This document shows, one piece after another, positions 1 to 12,100 of a stretch of 64,000 nucleotides of DNA; the first letter of the stretch is position 1; every line of letters starts with the position of its first letter. Made by a program: the position numbers and the translations under genes. Under the pieces are notes generated by a model. It saw nothing but the letters and a program-made list of their open reading frames with translations, had not been told where the DNA came from and ran no database searches. The stretch is from NCBI RefSeq assembly GCF_001194135.2, contig NC_068991.1, positions 53,552,810 through 53,616,809 of the forward strand, written 5' to 3'. This DNA is from Octopus bimaculoides. Its lineage: Eukaryota.

Positions 1-13
1 AGTCTGTCATACC

Positions 14-53
14 GGCCATGACGAAGGGAAATAGCCCTGAAACTCGAGTCGCC
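14..53 (+). ncRNA. Minimal type I hammerhead-ribozyme-like motif (Penelope-LTR type), with a 1-nt insertion in the core
   Basis: GGC / C-A-UGACGA / stem II AGGG-(AAATAG)-CCCT / GAAA / C-(TCGA)-G-TC cleavage triplet / GCC pairing back to GGC. ACTCGAGT is palindromic. The core differs from CUGANGA by one extra A. Confidence 0.5.
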
Positions 54-332
54 TTTATATATATATATTTATATTTATATATTTATATATTTGATCCTTT
101 ATATTGAACACTCAATATTTCATCTACATTCAATACTTTCTTTCATGGTGCCATCCATTTTTATTTTATTTTATTTTATATTGTATATTGTATATTATAT
201 TATATATTGTATATTCCATATTCTATACCCCACATTAGTTCTGCAGGAATATAAATAAAACATAAAAAACAGACAGTGTTGGAACTCTCTTAAACAAAAT
301 AATATATATATATGTATATATATATAAAATAA

Positions 333-1148
333 AAAAAAGATGGAGGTGGAAATAGCACAGGAGTAAATCTGAGACATTTCAATTTAAGAAACAATTTAAT
401 AGCACAGAATTTTGTCAGTGAACAGGTCACGGTCTCAAAGCGACGAAAATATTTTGACAAATTAAATTTAAATGTTGAAGTGAATCTAATGGTTTTTGTG
501 TGTTATTTTAAATGGCTTATAAACACCTTCCAAGCTGCAATTGATTTTTAAAAATATATAAAGAAAACGTTACTGGTTTTGATGATGAATCTCATCTTAT
601 CAAATATCAGTAAAAATTTTGACTGAGGGGCCAAAAACATGTCTGGAGATTTTTCATGGAAATCTTCTTCAAATATAGTTTGGTATAGAGTTCAGTGTTA
701 GAGAGTAAGAGAGGGGGTGTAGTTGTTTGTTGTTTAAAAGAAATCTTTGTCGGTCCCTACCAAGGGAGTGGCTTAAAAGCATTCATTGAATAGGTTTTAT
801 GTCCTCCTTTGTGTGTGTGTATGGTGGGGGGCAGGGACCCACAATGATTTTTTTAGACAATAGACAGCTACACCCCCTCTCTTATTCTCTAACACTTTGA
901 ACTCTATACCAAACTATATTTAAAGAAGACTTTAGTGAAAAATCTCCAGTCATGTTTTTGACCCTCAGACAGAAGATAAACTGTTTTTACTTCAAATTTT
1001 TAATAAACTTTTACTGATATTTGATGAGATTCATCATTGAAACCGGTAATTTTTTTCTTTATATAATTTAAAAAATCATTTTATTAAATTGCTTCTTAAA
1101 TTGTAATGTCTTAGATTTACTTCTGTGCTATTTCCACCTCCATCTTTT
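333..1148. mobile_element. Fold-back / MITE-like element with long inverted arms
   Basis: 335-401 is the reverse complement of 1082-1148, and 541-735 pairs with 846-1080. There is a ~110 bp spacer and an unpaired ~140 bp insert in the left arm. Flanks are TA-rich. Confidence 0.8.
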
Positions 1149-2214
1149 ATATATAAAAATTTGCTTTATTTAGATCCCTAATCTTTTTTCAACTTATATA
1201 AATCTATATCTATCTGTCTGTCTGTATACATATCTATATACATATCGTAGGTAAGCCAAATATACTATCAAGGCATTGTTTTGCAGCTGGATGCTGTTTC
1301 AGTTGCTAACCCTTAGTTGTCTTAATCTCAAGAAATGGGTATCCTAGTTCACATGACTTTAAAGTTGGGACACCAGTGGAAATGCCATCTTCATCATAGC
1401 CAGCTAAAAGTGCAACATTTTGTAGAACTGCATATCTAATCAAACACCCATGTGTGCACACACACATCTTTTGCAGTTTCCGTCTACTATATTCTTCATC
1501 TCGATAAAAACTAGTCTAGCAAATTAAATTTAGAGTAATTTTACAAAATTTCCCTACTTAAACTTAAGTCACTTAAATGTGATACTTTTCTGAATTTAGC
1601 TGTTTTGCTTGGATAATGTGACTCCACCTTAAATTGTTTATTCCCTACTTTAGATAAGGACTTGCTTAGGAAGCAAATTCTTGTCAGATTTAATTAAGAC
1701 CGAAGAAAATTTATTTTCAGTGAACTTCATCAATATAGAATCCAAAAAGTCCTTGGAGTGTCTTAATGACTCTAAATTTTGCTGACAGCTAAGTTTTACA
1801 CATTTTTTCCACAGAATTTAATTTTGGGTGGTAGTTCAGGACATTTTTTTTAATTAAGATTTTTTTCAATACATATCAATTTGCTGTGCACTTGAAATAT
1901 CAAGCATTGGTAACTCCTGGCTGTTTTCAGATTGTGCCATATCTTGTCAGTTCCTTACTCCATTGGTAAACAATCTATAGATTCAACAACTTTTTAAAAG
2001 TGTTATTAATAGCTTTGAGTTTTAAATGAAAAATCTCATATCCACTCTAGTAAGAGTTGTACTAGAATTCTTTTGTGTTGTGGGAAGGTCATTATGCTAA
2101 TAATAAACACACAAACTGGTTCTATTTCACTTCTCTATTTTTATTTTTCAATTAGTTAACATTTAAGCCGTAAACTAATTGATCGATTAATTGTTTGGTC
2201 AATCAAGTAGGTTT

Positions 2215-2620
2215 GTCAAAGTCCTTTTGTTGCAGTCGTTACCTCATCAGTAACATGTTCTGTTCAAGTCTGTCTAGAAGTTTCTCATTTACTGTCAAAG
2301 TTACAGGAAATGGTTTGATCATCAGATATACAACTGCATAAGATATGCAGTTTCTATATATTTCCAAGTGTTCTTGTCTTTTCTTGAGAGAGGATGTAGA
2401 TACCCATATCCTTGACCTCCTTTAGCTGTTCTGTAATGCAGATGTGAATTGCATGATTATCTTTGGTATCCCTTGTCAATCAAGTCAAGTATTACAGATG
2501 ATGATGTTGAGGTTATTATTGCATCATTGCTGAGAAGCAAAACAAAATCCTTCAGTTTTTTTTTATGTGAGATCTTTATCATCTGGAAAAGGTCAAATGT
2601 CTTTTGATCATTCTATGGAA
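2215..2620 (-). mobile_element. Decayed RTE-like LINE 3' fragment
   Basis: The minus strand gives frameshifted WKYIETAYLMQ and SCNFDSK*ETSRQT*TEHV, resembling the RTE C-terminal W-x-x-x-GH and RGRP-x-x-TW motifs. Confidence 0.45.
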
Positions 2621-3039
2621 TTTTTTTTTTTTTTCTGTAGTATGGCAGCAGTTTAACCATAATTTTCCTCCTTGAAACATTTTGTCAGTTATGNNNNNNN
2701 NNNNNNNNNNNNNNNNNNNNNNNNNNNNNNNNNNNNNNNNNNNNNNNNNNNNNNNNNNNNNNNNNNNNNNNNNNNNNNNNNNNNNNNNNNNNNNNNNNNN
2801 NNNNNNNNNNNNNNNNNNNNNNNNNNNNNNNNNNNNNNNNNNNNNNNNNNNNNNNNNNNNNNNNNNNNNNNNNNNNNNNNNNNNNNNNNNNNNNNNNNNN
2901 NNNNNNNNNNNNNNNNNNNNNNNNTATATATATGTTTGTATATATTTATGTGTGTCTTTGTATCTGTGTTTATCCTCCTGCCCATAGTTTGATAACCGAT
3001 GTTGGTGTGTTTATGTCCCACACATTTTTTTCTCTCTTT

Positions 3040-3220
3040 ACTTTTTTGTTCTCTCTTCATTTTTTTCCCTCTTCATTTTTTTCCCTCTCAGCCCTTTCTG
3101 CCAAAGAGTGTAGACTTGAAATATCAAAGACTTTTCCATTCTTCCCAAGCATCATACTAATACACCTGCTTGTTGTTCCCTCATCTGTCTTCATTTTCTG
3201 TTTCCTGTAAATTTGAACTA
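3040..3220 (+). repeat. Penelope-LTR-like interspersed repeat, decayed copy
   Basis: Aligns by eye with the reverse complement of 4535-4698 (ctttctg..gaagag..gaaa..aaagac..catactaataca). Confidence 0.55.
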
Positions 3221-3230
3221 TATATATATA

Positions 3231-4480
3231 TTGGGACATCCCATAAATAATGCGATTTTTACAATTGCATGAACTAAAAGTCGGAGGAGGGATGGGATAA
3301 ACTACCTGCATCAATTTGTTATAAAAGCAGGTAGTAATTTTACCTTGTACTTATTCTCAGTGCAAGTTTTGAAGAGTGCAATTTGATTTTAACAGTTATT
3401 TTTTCAAAGCTATAATGCGGGTGACAAAGGAGCACATTTGGCATATTTTGCTTTATGAGTTCAATAAAGGCAACAACACAATGGAAAGTGTGAGGAATAT
3501 TAATGCAGTATATGGGGATCAGACAATAAGCATAAGCCAGTGTCAAGAAGATACGCCTCATCCAGGAAGATCCGTAAAGCTTGACGAGGACATCCTGAAA
3601 ACTCTGGCAGAAGAAAATCCCATTGTAACTGCTGAGGAACTAGCAGAGATGCTTGGATTTGGTCATTCAAACATTCATCGACACCTGCGTGCCATCGGAA
3701 AAGTCAGCAAATTGGGTCAATGGGTTCCTCACAAACTTTCTGAGTAAATCGCATGTAGAGAGTGAATGTGTGCTCTTCTTTACTGTCACATTTCACGAAT
3801 GAACCTTTTTTGGACTGAATAGTGACTGGTGGTAAGAAATAGGTTCTCTATAAAAATGTCATGTGCCGAAGACAGTGGGTAGGGAAAGGAGAAAAACCAA
3901 CACCCCAGACTAAAGACGCTCTTCACCCACGTAAGGTGTTGTTATCTGTTTGGTGGAATATGGAAGGTTTAGTCCACTTTGAACTTTTAAACCCAAACCA
4001 AATGATAACAAAGGAGATCTTGTGCAAGCAGCTTGAGCGGCTTAAATCAGCGCTAGAAGAAAAATGACCTTGTTTGGTTTCAAAATGAAAGGTGTTCTTC
4101 CATCAGGATAATGCTCTGCCACATATAGTGAGGATGACATTCTAAAGGCTGGAGCAACTTGTATGGGAAATGATGCCCCACCCACCATTTTTGCTGGACA
4201 TTGCCCCATCTGATTATCATTTATTCCACAGTTTTCAAAATCATTTGGACAGAAAAGATATGAATTCTGTAGATGAGGTCAGAACAGTACTGGAGGCATA
4301 TTTTTCATGACAGACAAGTGAATTTTGGAAGAGGGGCCTTGCAAGTCTACCAGATAGATGCAAGAGCATTGTAAAAAATGAAGGAGAGTATATTTTAGAT
4401 TAAAAAAGAACTTCGTTTGTCTTAATTTTGAAAAATAAAAGAAGTATAAAAAAAACTGCATTATTTATGGGATGACCCAA
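3231..4480 (+). mobile_element. Full-length (1250 bp) inactivated mariner transposon (DD34D type)
   Basis: TIRs TTGGGACATCCCATAAATAATGC and TTGGGTCATCCCATAAATAATGC (reverse complement), with TA flanks inside (TA)n. Transposase remnants: HTH (3376-3747), WVPHKL, IVTG, KVLLSVWW, HQDNA, IAPSDYHLF. Multiple stops and frameshifts. Confidence 0.95.
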
Positions 4481-4534
4481 TATATATATACATATATATA
4501 AAAGTGAGAGAGTATATATATATATATATATATA

Positions 4535-4698
4535 TATGGAGAATGTACGAAAAAAACAACAACAGACGAGGACAGGTGGTGTAAACAACAAAAGGATGTA
4601 TTAGTATGACGCTCGGGAATACGGAAAGTCTTTAACGTTTCAAGCTACGCTCTTCAACAGAAAGAATACGGAGACAAGGAGAAAAACACGGAGAAAAA
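4535..4698 (-). repeat. Penelope-LTR-like repeat carrying a hammerhead-like motif at 4629-4665
   Basis: The minus strand reads TCTTT-CTGTTGA-AGAGC-GTA-GCTT-GAAA-CG-TT-AAAGA: stem I TCTTT/AAAGA, a stem II, and palindromic AACGTT at stem III. Confidence 0.55.
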
Positions 4699-4708
4699 NN
4701 NNNNNNNN

Positions 4709-4777
<69 letters not shown>

Positions 4778-5521
4778 GTTAGTAAATCATAATTCTGAAA
4801 GAGAAATACATTCAAAGTTATATAGCAGTAGAGTAATTAGGAAGTCCTGAGACGCACAAGCCAAACAAGTCAATTATGGATTGTAGTCTAAGAGAGACAA
4901 TCCCTTGCACTTAACCCTTCTCCTTTATCTGTGTGTTCAACAACTAGCCACGAGGTCTTTTCTCCCTTCACTTTGAAGAGACGTTATAGGCCACTGGCCA
5001 TTGGGGTCTGAAGAGACACTGTAAATCTAAGCGCTTTATGGACATAAAACCCAGGGTAATCCTCTTAGACTAGCCATAACTATCTTTATCTAATTATATA
5101 TAGTGTGTGTACCTGATTCTTTGATTCTCTTCTAGCTATTTTATGTTTTTCTCTACCATTGATTTTCAGCCTTCTGAAGCCTGTCTCTTAGTTGTACTGC
5201 TTCTGTTTACAATATTGTTTCAGCATCACATCACTTGGCATTTTTTATTTAAATGAGGTACTAAAGATGCTACAGGATGTTTTTAAACATTCATGTTTGT
5301 CATTGGTATTTGTAGCCGGACAGGAAATTAGCTATGATAATATCACCTCAGGTCACATCATCATCATTGTCATCATCTTCACCACCACCACCTATTTTCT
5401 ATAGTCGGTATACAGTGAAAGCTTATAATTCTATTTAATAAATCTTCAGTCACTACCATTTTCTAATTCATGCATAATTCGCACACGTTTACATGTATAC
5501 ACATATATATATTTGTGACAT

Positions 5522-5745
5522 CATGCAGGAAATGATAGTATCACCATCATACAAGAAGCACCTTTTGTTTCCATTCTTCCATGTAAACATATTTGGCCAT
5601 AGGGAAATATTACCTTGCTTGGAAGCATGTGTAGGTTATTAACAGGAAGAACCTCCAGCAGTAGAAAATCTTCCTCGATGAATTTCGTTTGACCCATGCA
5701 AGCATGCGAAAGTGGATGTAAAACGATGATGATGGTGATGATGGT
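5522..5745 (+). mobile_element. Short retroposon fragment with RTE-type 3' tail
   Basis: Ends in cccatgcaagcatgcgaaagtggatgtaaaacgatgatgatg, the same tail as the RTE copy ending at ~19145. Confidence 0.6.
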
Positions 5746-7171
5746 ACTCACTGGAAGAATATTTTAAATCTTATCTTTCAAATACAAATTGCTGAGCAAT
5801 TTCTTGTATGAAATGCAACCAGTTGTAAATTGCTTCTTGATCTTAACCTTTGTTGCAATAAAAGCAGAAATTCTTAAAATAGTAATTATGCTGAGAAAAT
5901 GAGTTACCTTTTTTTTCCCTTCTTTTTATTATCCTTAAAGTTTGAGTGGAAACAAAGTGATTTTTTTGCTTTTGGTTCCTGTTGTATCCAGTTTATCTCT
6001 GAACTGATTTGTACTTTGTCGTTCATCTAATGAAGCATGCTTTCTTCATTTCTTTGTAGTCTTTGTAGATTCTCTGAATTCAAGGCTCGTGTTACACTGA
6101 AATGCTGTGAGACGGGCCTGGATATGGGCCCTAACTTAAACAAACATATACTGATGAGGGAAATATTTGCATTCTGAAATATAGTTATCAAAGAATATTT
6201 AATATCAGGAACTATTCATACAATAATGGAACTACATTTATTAAGATTATGAATGTTCTGATATTCATTATATTGTGGCTGATTTCATCTCTAAGGGTTG
6301 TCAGGCATCTTATTCCAGGTTCTCCACATAGTAAACCTGACACCTGCCTTCAAGAAAAATGAACGTTAAATAATGATGATGATGATGATGATGAGTAATT
6401 TATTGACAACCGCTTATTTCAAACATTTAGACATTTACATTCATGAATTTTATTTTATTTTTAAGGGATTGCTGGATTTGAAATAGAAACAAAACTAAAT
6501 TATTGTCAAAGCTCGGTAATGCTCAACAGAAATAATTGAAAAGGAATGGAATTTTACCGTTTTTTTCGCATGGAAATCCCTATCCTTCAAAACAAGGTAG
6601 TGGGCTTTGAAATTATTTTGTAAATTTCATACATTTTCACTAAACCTTTCTCTCTTTATCTCTCTCTGCCTACCTACATATTAAAATATCTCTTTTATGC
6701 TCTCTCCATATATTATTCTACCTATTTTTCTCATTGATTTTTTTTGCATTCAATCATTTCTTGCTACCAGTCATAACATAAGTATCTTTTCTTTACTCCC
6801 TAGTTTTCATTGTTTATCATAATTGCATAAAATTATTCTTATTTCTAATAATTTTTGGTAGTTTTTCTTGTTTGCCTGTAAAAATTAAACTACAATTAGT
6901 AATCATCCATAATTATTTCTACAGAGAAAATTAACAATAGGATTTCTTCTATGTAAAACGGCAGTAGTAGTTTTACAGTTTATTCCAGTAATGTATGAGT
7001 AATCTATTATAAGATGCAGGTGTATTCTATACCTGTATTTTGCCAATTCCTAAAGGATAATCTACAAATTTAAGGCTGTTTCTAGATTTCCATAAACTAA
7101 GGCTCCCTTTCACCTTAGCGTCCATAATTCAGGTGATGCAGGAATTATTAATGAATGAACTGGCTGATTAA

Positions 7172-7391
7172 CCCTTTAGCAATTAAACTGGTCATATCCA
7201 TTTCAAATATTCTACCTGTTCAAACTGGCCAGTCTAGACTTTCACACCTACCCTACAATGCCATTCTAAAAATAAACCATTACATCATTGAAATCTCATG
7301 TTTTCAATTACATCATTGAAAGTTATGAGATAATACATGATTACTTCAAAACAATGTGAATAAATAAGCATTAGATTCAAATGCTAAAGGG
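7172..7391. mobile_element. piggyBac-like MITE (~220 bp)
   Basis: TTAA|CCCTTTAGCA ... TGCTAAAGGG|TTAA. The internal sequence is shared with copies at 20385, 26982, ~31350, 32474 and a partial copy at 11432. Confidence 0.8.
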
Positions 7392-8154
7392 TTAAAAATA
7401 AATGGTAACAAAGTAACACTTGGTGTAAGTTTGACTTTTCTCATCAGGGTGGAAGATTAACTTTTGTGAAGGAAGTGTTATCATTTGAATAGCTTGCTGT
7501 GTTTTACTGTGTTTTATTTGACTGACAAGAAGAATGGTAAAATCAATTTTGGCAGGAATAGAAGTGTGAATGGATGACATCAGTTACTGTTATATTTCTG
7601 TCAATTCACTAACTCATGGGATCATTAATAAAATAAGTTAAAAAGTATTGTTTGACATTTAGATGCAAGCTGCAAGTTGTGGTGTTGACTATTTTAAATT
7701 TGAATTAGTTTTGTTTCATCAAAGTCAGTATAATTACAGGCTATCATTAAATATTAATTCATGCTCTTGTCATTATAGACAAAGATTTTAATATAGATCC
7801 TGGCAGCAATTCCACATAATGTAATGAAACAGTCATATAATGACTGTTATCAGAAATGAGTAAAGTGGTCTTTTCTCTTAAAAATTACAGTGTAGAAGAG
7901 ACACATTAACCACTGAAAAACACAGGCGTCGAAATTCTTGTCACCAACTGTGACCCACTCTCTAACAGGATACTACAGCATGTGGAATCCCACTAAACCT
8001 GCTGCTATTTTTGACTAACAGCCAAGCTCTACATCAGTAGACTGATGAACATTGAGGAAGTTGATTAAATACTGGGAAACAAGTAACAAGATCAACCTCT
8101 GAAGTAGTCTTCTTCTTCAATGTGCACTCTCCATTACACAGTGGTTGCTTGTAT

Positions 8155-8405
8155 GTGGTTTGGTTATGACTGTGTAGCTAAGAAGCTTGCTTTGCAACTA
8201 TGTGGTTTTGGGTTCAGTCCCATTATGTGGCACCTTGGGTAAGTGTTTCCTACTATAGCCATTGGTCAATCTATGCCTTGCAAGTGAATTTGGTAATTAG
8301 AAACTGTGTGGAAGCTCATGATATTTATGCATGTGTGTGTGTGTGTATGTATGTGTGTGTGTGTGTATATATGTATGTGTGTGTATATATGTATGTGTGT
8401 GTATA

Positions 8406-8438
<33 letters not shown>

Positions 8439-8956
8439 GTGTGTGTATATGTGTATATATATATGTGTGTGTGTATGTGTGTATATCTATGTATAATATA
8501 TATATATATATATATATAATAAATATGTATAATAGGCGCAGGAGTGGCTGTGTGGTTAGTAGCTTGCTTACCGACCACATGGTTCTGGGTTCAGTCCCAC
8601 TGCATGACACCTTGGACAAGTGTCATCTGCTATAGTTTCGGGGCAACCAAAGCTTTGTGAGTGGATTTGGGAGATGGAAACTGAAAGAAGCCTGTCGTAT
8701 ATATGTATATATGTGTGNNNNNNNNNNNNNNNNNNNNNNNNNNNNNNNNNNNNNNNNNNNNNNNNNNNNNNNNNNNNNNNNNNNNNNNNNNNNNNNNNNN
8801 NNNNNNNNNNNNNNNNNNNNNNNNNNNNNNNNNNNNNNNNNNNNNNNNNNNNNNNNNNNNNNNNNNNNNNNNNNNNNNNNNNNNNNNNNNNNNNNNNNNN
8901 NNNNNNNNNNNNNNNNNNNNNNNNNNNNNNNNNNNNNNNNNNNNNNNNNNAAAGAG

Positions 8957-8996
<40 letters not shown>

Positions 8997-9190
8997 CAAA
9001 TAGTAAATGAGTATATGCATATATACGTACAGGTATGTGCATACCGACATCCACCTGTATGTATAGGTGCATATCTGGGTACAGGACATTGCAAACAAAA
9101 CGTAGATGAGAAAACACACAAGCCACATAGAGAACATTCTACTTCATCAGCTACCCCTGTTTTAACACCGGCGTTTCGAAGAGCTGGGCA

Positions 9191-9232
<42 letters not shown>

Positions 9233-9610
9233 GTGTCTGTGTTTATCCCCCCACTATTGCTTGATAACTGATGCTGGTGTGTTTACATCCCCGTCACTTA
9301 GCAGTTGGGCAAAAGAAACCGATAAAATAAGTACTAGGCTTACAAAGAATAAGTCCTGGGGTCGATTTGTTTGAGTAAAGGCAGTACTCCAGCATGGCCA
9401 CAGTCAAATGACTGAAACACGTAAAAGAATAAAAGAATATATATATTTGTATATGTATGTATACGTATGTGTGTGTGCTTGTCCCCCTCCACTTTTGTCT
9501 GTTTCTCTCCCTGTAAGTGAGCAGTTTAGCAAAAGAGACTGCTGTTTGGCTAAGACAGTGCCCCAGCATGGCCATGGTACCATGACTGAAACAAGTAAAA
9601 GATAAAAGAT
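8155..9610 (+). mobile_element. Cluster of tRNA-derived SINE (family A) heads and tails separated by (TA/CA/TG)n
   Basis: Heads at ~8155 and 8535 (ggcgcaggagtggctgtgtgg...gggttcagtcccactg, with A/B-box-like motifs). Tails ending gactgaaacaagtaaaaga at ~9430 and ~9605. Confidence 0.8.
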
Positions 9611-10014
9611 AAATCTGTGTCTGCTCAAAGAACTACTTTTAGACCTGCTGCAGAAACTGGAAAAATAGACCTAGAATGCAATTATCTTGATTAGCCAGGA
9701 ATTTACTAAAATTGAACAACCAAATCTGAGGTTGGTATTTACCTGTCTTTTGTGTATGTTTTGGTTCCAGTCCTAGACTGGTGACCCTCGATGGACAATT
9801 GCTGATATTTCAGTTTGGGCTTGTTAATCTGACAAGTTCTCTCCACAGTATGCAGGCAGAACAGTTAAAGCTAGGAAGCCTATTTAAATGATATTAGAGG
9901 ATACAAAGCAAGCTTAAATCTACCCAACCTCTAACAGCTATCATGTTGGTGTCATGTTTCTTAACAACATGTAGAAATATTAACCATTTCTGCCCCTGTA
10001 CTGTTTGGAAGCAT

Positions 10015-10384
10015 GGAGGCGCAATGGCTCAGTGGTTAGGGCAGTGGACTCGCGGTCATAGGATCGCGGTTTCGATTCCCAGACCAGGTGCTGTGAGTGT
10101 TTATTGAGCGAAACCACCTTAAGCTCCACGAGGCTCCTTCAGGGGATGGTGGCAAACCCTGCTGTACTCTTCCACCACAACTTTCTCTCACTCTTACTTC
10201 CTGTTTCTGTTGTGCCTGTAATTCAAAGGGTCAGCCTTGTCACGCTGAATATCACCAAGAACTACGTTAAGGGTACACGTGTCTGTGGAGTGCTCAGCCA
10301 CTTGCATGTTAATTTCACAAGCAGGCTGTTCCGTTGATCGGATGAACTGGAACCCTTGACGTCGCAAGCGACGGAGTGCCAACA
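10015..10384 (+). mobile_element. tRNA-derived SINE (family C), full length with target-site duplication
   Basis: A-box TGGCTCAGTGG, B-box GTTTCGATTCC, and a 14-bp TSD actgtttggaagca at 10000-10013 and 10385-10398. Near-identical to 58736-59118. Confidence 0.9.
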
Positions 10385-11089
10385 ACTGTTTGGAAGCACC
10401 ACAATATTGCTTTCTTCTTTAGATATAGGTCAATTTATGTTGGAGATCAATATAGTTAACCGAATTAATCCTGGTATATCAGTGATTCTTATATATCTCC
10501 GAGAGACATAAGATAATGTGAATTGTGCAAGGATTTGATTCTAAAATTCTGAGAACCAAAACTAATGTTATCTTTCTTTTCAAACATTGCATTTCTGAAT
10601 AAAGGATAATTTTAAATATCTTATCTTTTATATTTTACTTGTCTCAATCATTGGACTGCAGCCATCCTGGGGCTCTACCTTGAAGGGTTTAGTCAAATAA
10701 ATTGATATCAGTACTTACCTTTTAAGCCTGGTACTTATTGTAATGGTCTCTTATGCTGAATTGCTAAGTCATGGGGACTGACATTGGTTACCAAGTAAGC
10801 TGGAGGATCACACACACACTTATATATATTTATATATATATATATATATATATGATGAGCTTCCACATGGTTTTCATCTACCAAATACACTTACAAGAGA
10901 CTGAACCTGAATCCCTGTGGCTATGAAACGATCTCCTTTGCATTTTCCTGCTAACAGAACAAGCTACTGTTACTTGGTAGAAATACTGAATTCAACTGTA
11001 TTCAATTATTACAGCTGTATGTTTACTGTTAAACATGAAGCATTTCATGTTAACATTTACTTGCTACTGTCATCTCTAACAACCTTCAC

Positions 11090-11310
11090 TGTTTTCTAGA
11101 TGACACCTCACCTTTCATACAAGCAACTGTCATCTACACCTAACTTTGACATCCCTTGTCAAACATGCAACTAGACTTACTGACCGGGCACAATCTTTCC
11201 TACCCAGAATGTCAGCCTTTGAAATACTCTTCCTGTAAACATTTTTCCTGTAGACAATATTGACTACGAAGTGTTTAAACCAAGCATCAACTGCTGTTAT
11301 TTGACTACCA
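11090..11310 (+). mobile_element. CR1/L2-type LINE 3' fragment, decayed
   Basis: Frameshifted SFLPR..SAL.NTLPVNIFPVDNIDYEVFKPSINC matches the CR1/L2 C-terminal pattern SFFPRT..LWN.LP..VFP.....FK..IN. Confidence 0.55.
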
Positions 11311-11614
11311 GTCTTGGGTATTCAAACAATAACTTTGGGACAGTCCCTTCTTTCCCACTTAATACACTCCATCCTATCCAAAAATGGGAAACAAAGAAAT
11401 GATATGAGTCACATATAAGTAGCAGATGTCATTAGCATCCAGATTACTATATCAAATGCAATGCTTATTTATTCACATTGTTTTGAATGAATCATGCATT
11501 ATCTCATAGCATCAAGATTTTGATGAAGTGGTTTTGATGTGTAGTTTTAAAATGACATTGCAGGGTAGGTGTAAAAGGGTGGATATGATCAGTTTGAGCA
11601 GAAAAAAGGTAGAT

Positions 11615-11851
11615 TTTAAAGTTTATCTCTGTAGATTTTTTACAGAGTTTAGAGCCAGCTCTGAAATTTATATTTCATATATAGGAAGCATCTATGTAAA
11701 CAATGCAATCAAAGATAGAAAGATAGGTAATGGGTGTATATGGATATTTCAGGAGTTATTACTCCTTTTTCAGTGCCACATAATCTCATTATGTACTTTT
11801 CAGTACTGGCTCTAAATTCTATGAAACGAAATCTGCTGAGATAAATTTTAA
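11615..11851. repeat. Small inverted-repeat element (~50 bp arms)
   Basis: tttaaagtttatctctgtagat...agagccagctctgaaa (11615-11666) pairs with tttcagtactggctct...gagataaattttaa (11797-11851). Confidence 0.7.
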
Positions 11852-12100
11852 GATGAAAACAGCACACTGCGAACACAGAAGTAGGATACGGATGCATACA
11901 TATAGTTGCTCTTTATCCTTTTGCTGCCAACTCACCCAAGACTGTCCCTGATTCTATGATAAAACCTTATTGTGATAGAATTAAAACTATTCATTGAAGT
12001 TACATGCTAATTTATGTTCCAAACACTAGCTTAATAATGACTGTTATGGCGATCTTTCGATACCAATCCTCCCTTTTGCTTCAGCGTTTGTTTACATCAA

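Noticed and set aside
2243-2460. Two phase-compatible minus-strand 'exons' (NHAIHICITEQLKEVKDM / VYLMIKPFPVTLTVNEKLLDRLEQNMLLM)
   Set aside because: They lie inside a decayed RTE-like fragment whose other frames carry LINE motifs. They show how easily false exons arise here.
9150-9190. CTGATGA and CGAAA boxes on the minus strand here and at ~42230-42270 as type II hammerheads
   Set aside because: No pairing stem II or stem III could be drawn, so they are treated as repeat remnants.
10015-10090. tRNA genes at the SINE heads (also 8535, 45133, 58736)
   Set aside because: A/B boxes are present but there is no complete acceptor stem. Each continues into a conserved SINE body, and the family C copies have TSDs.
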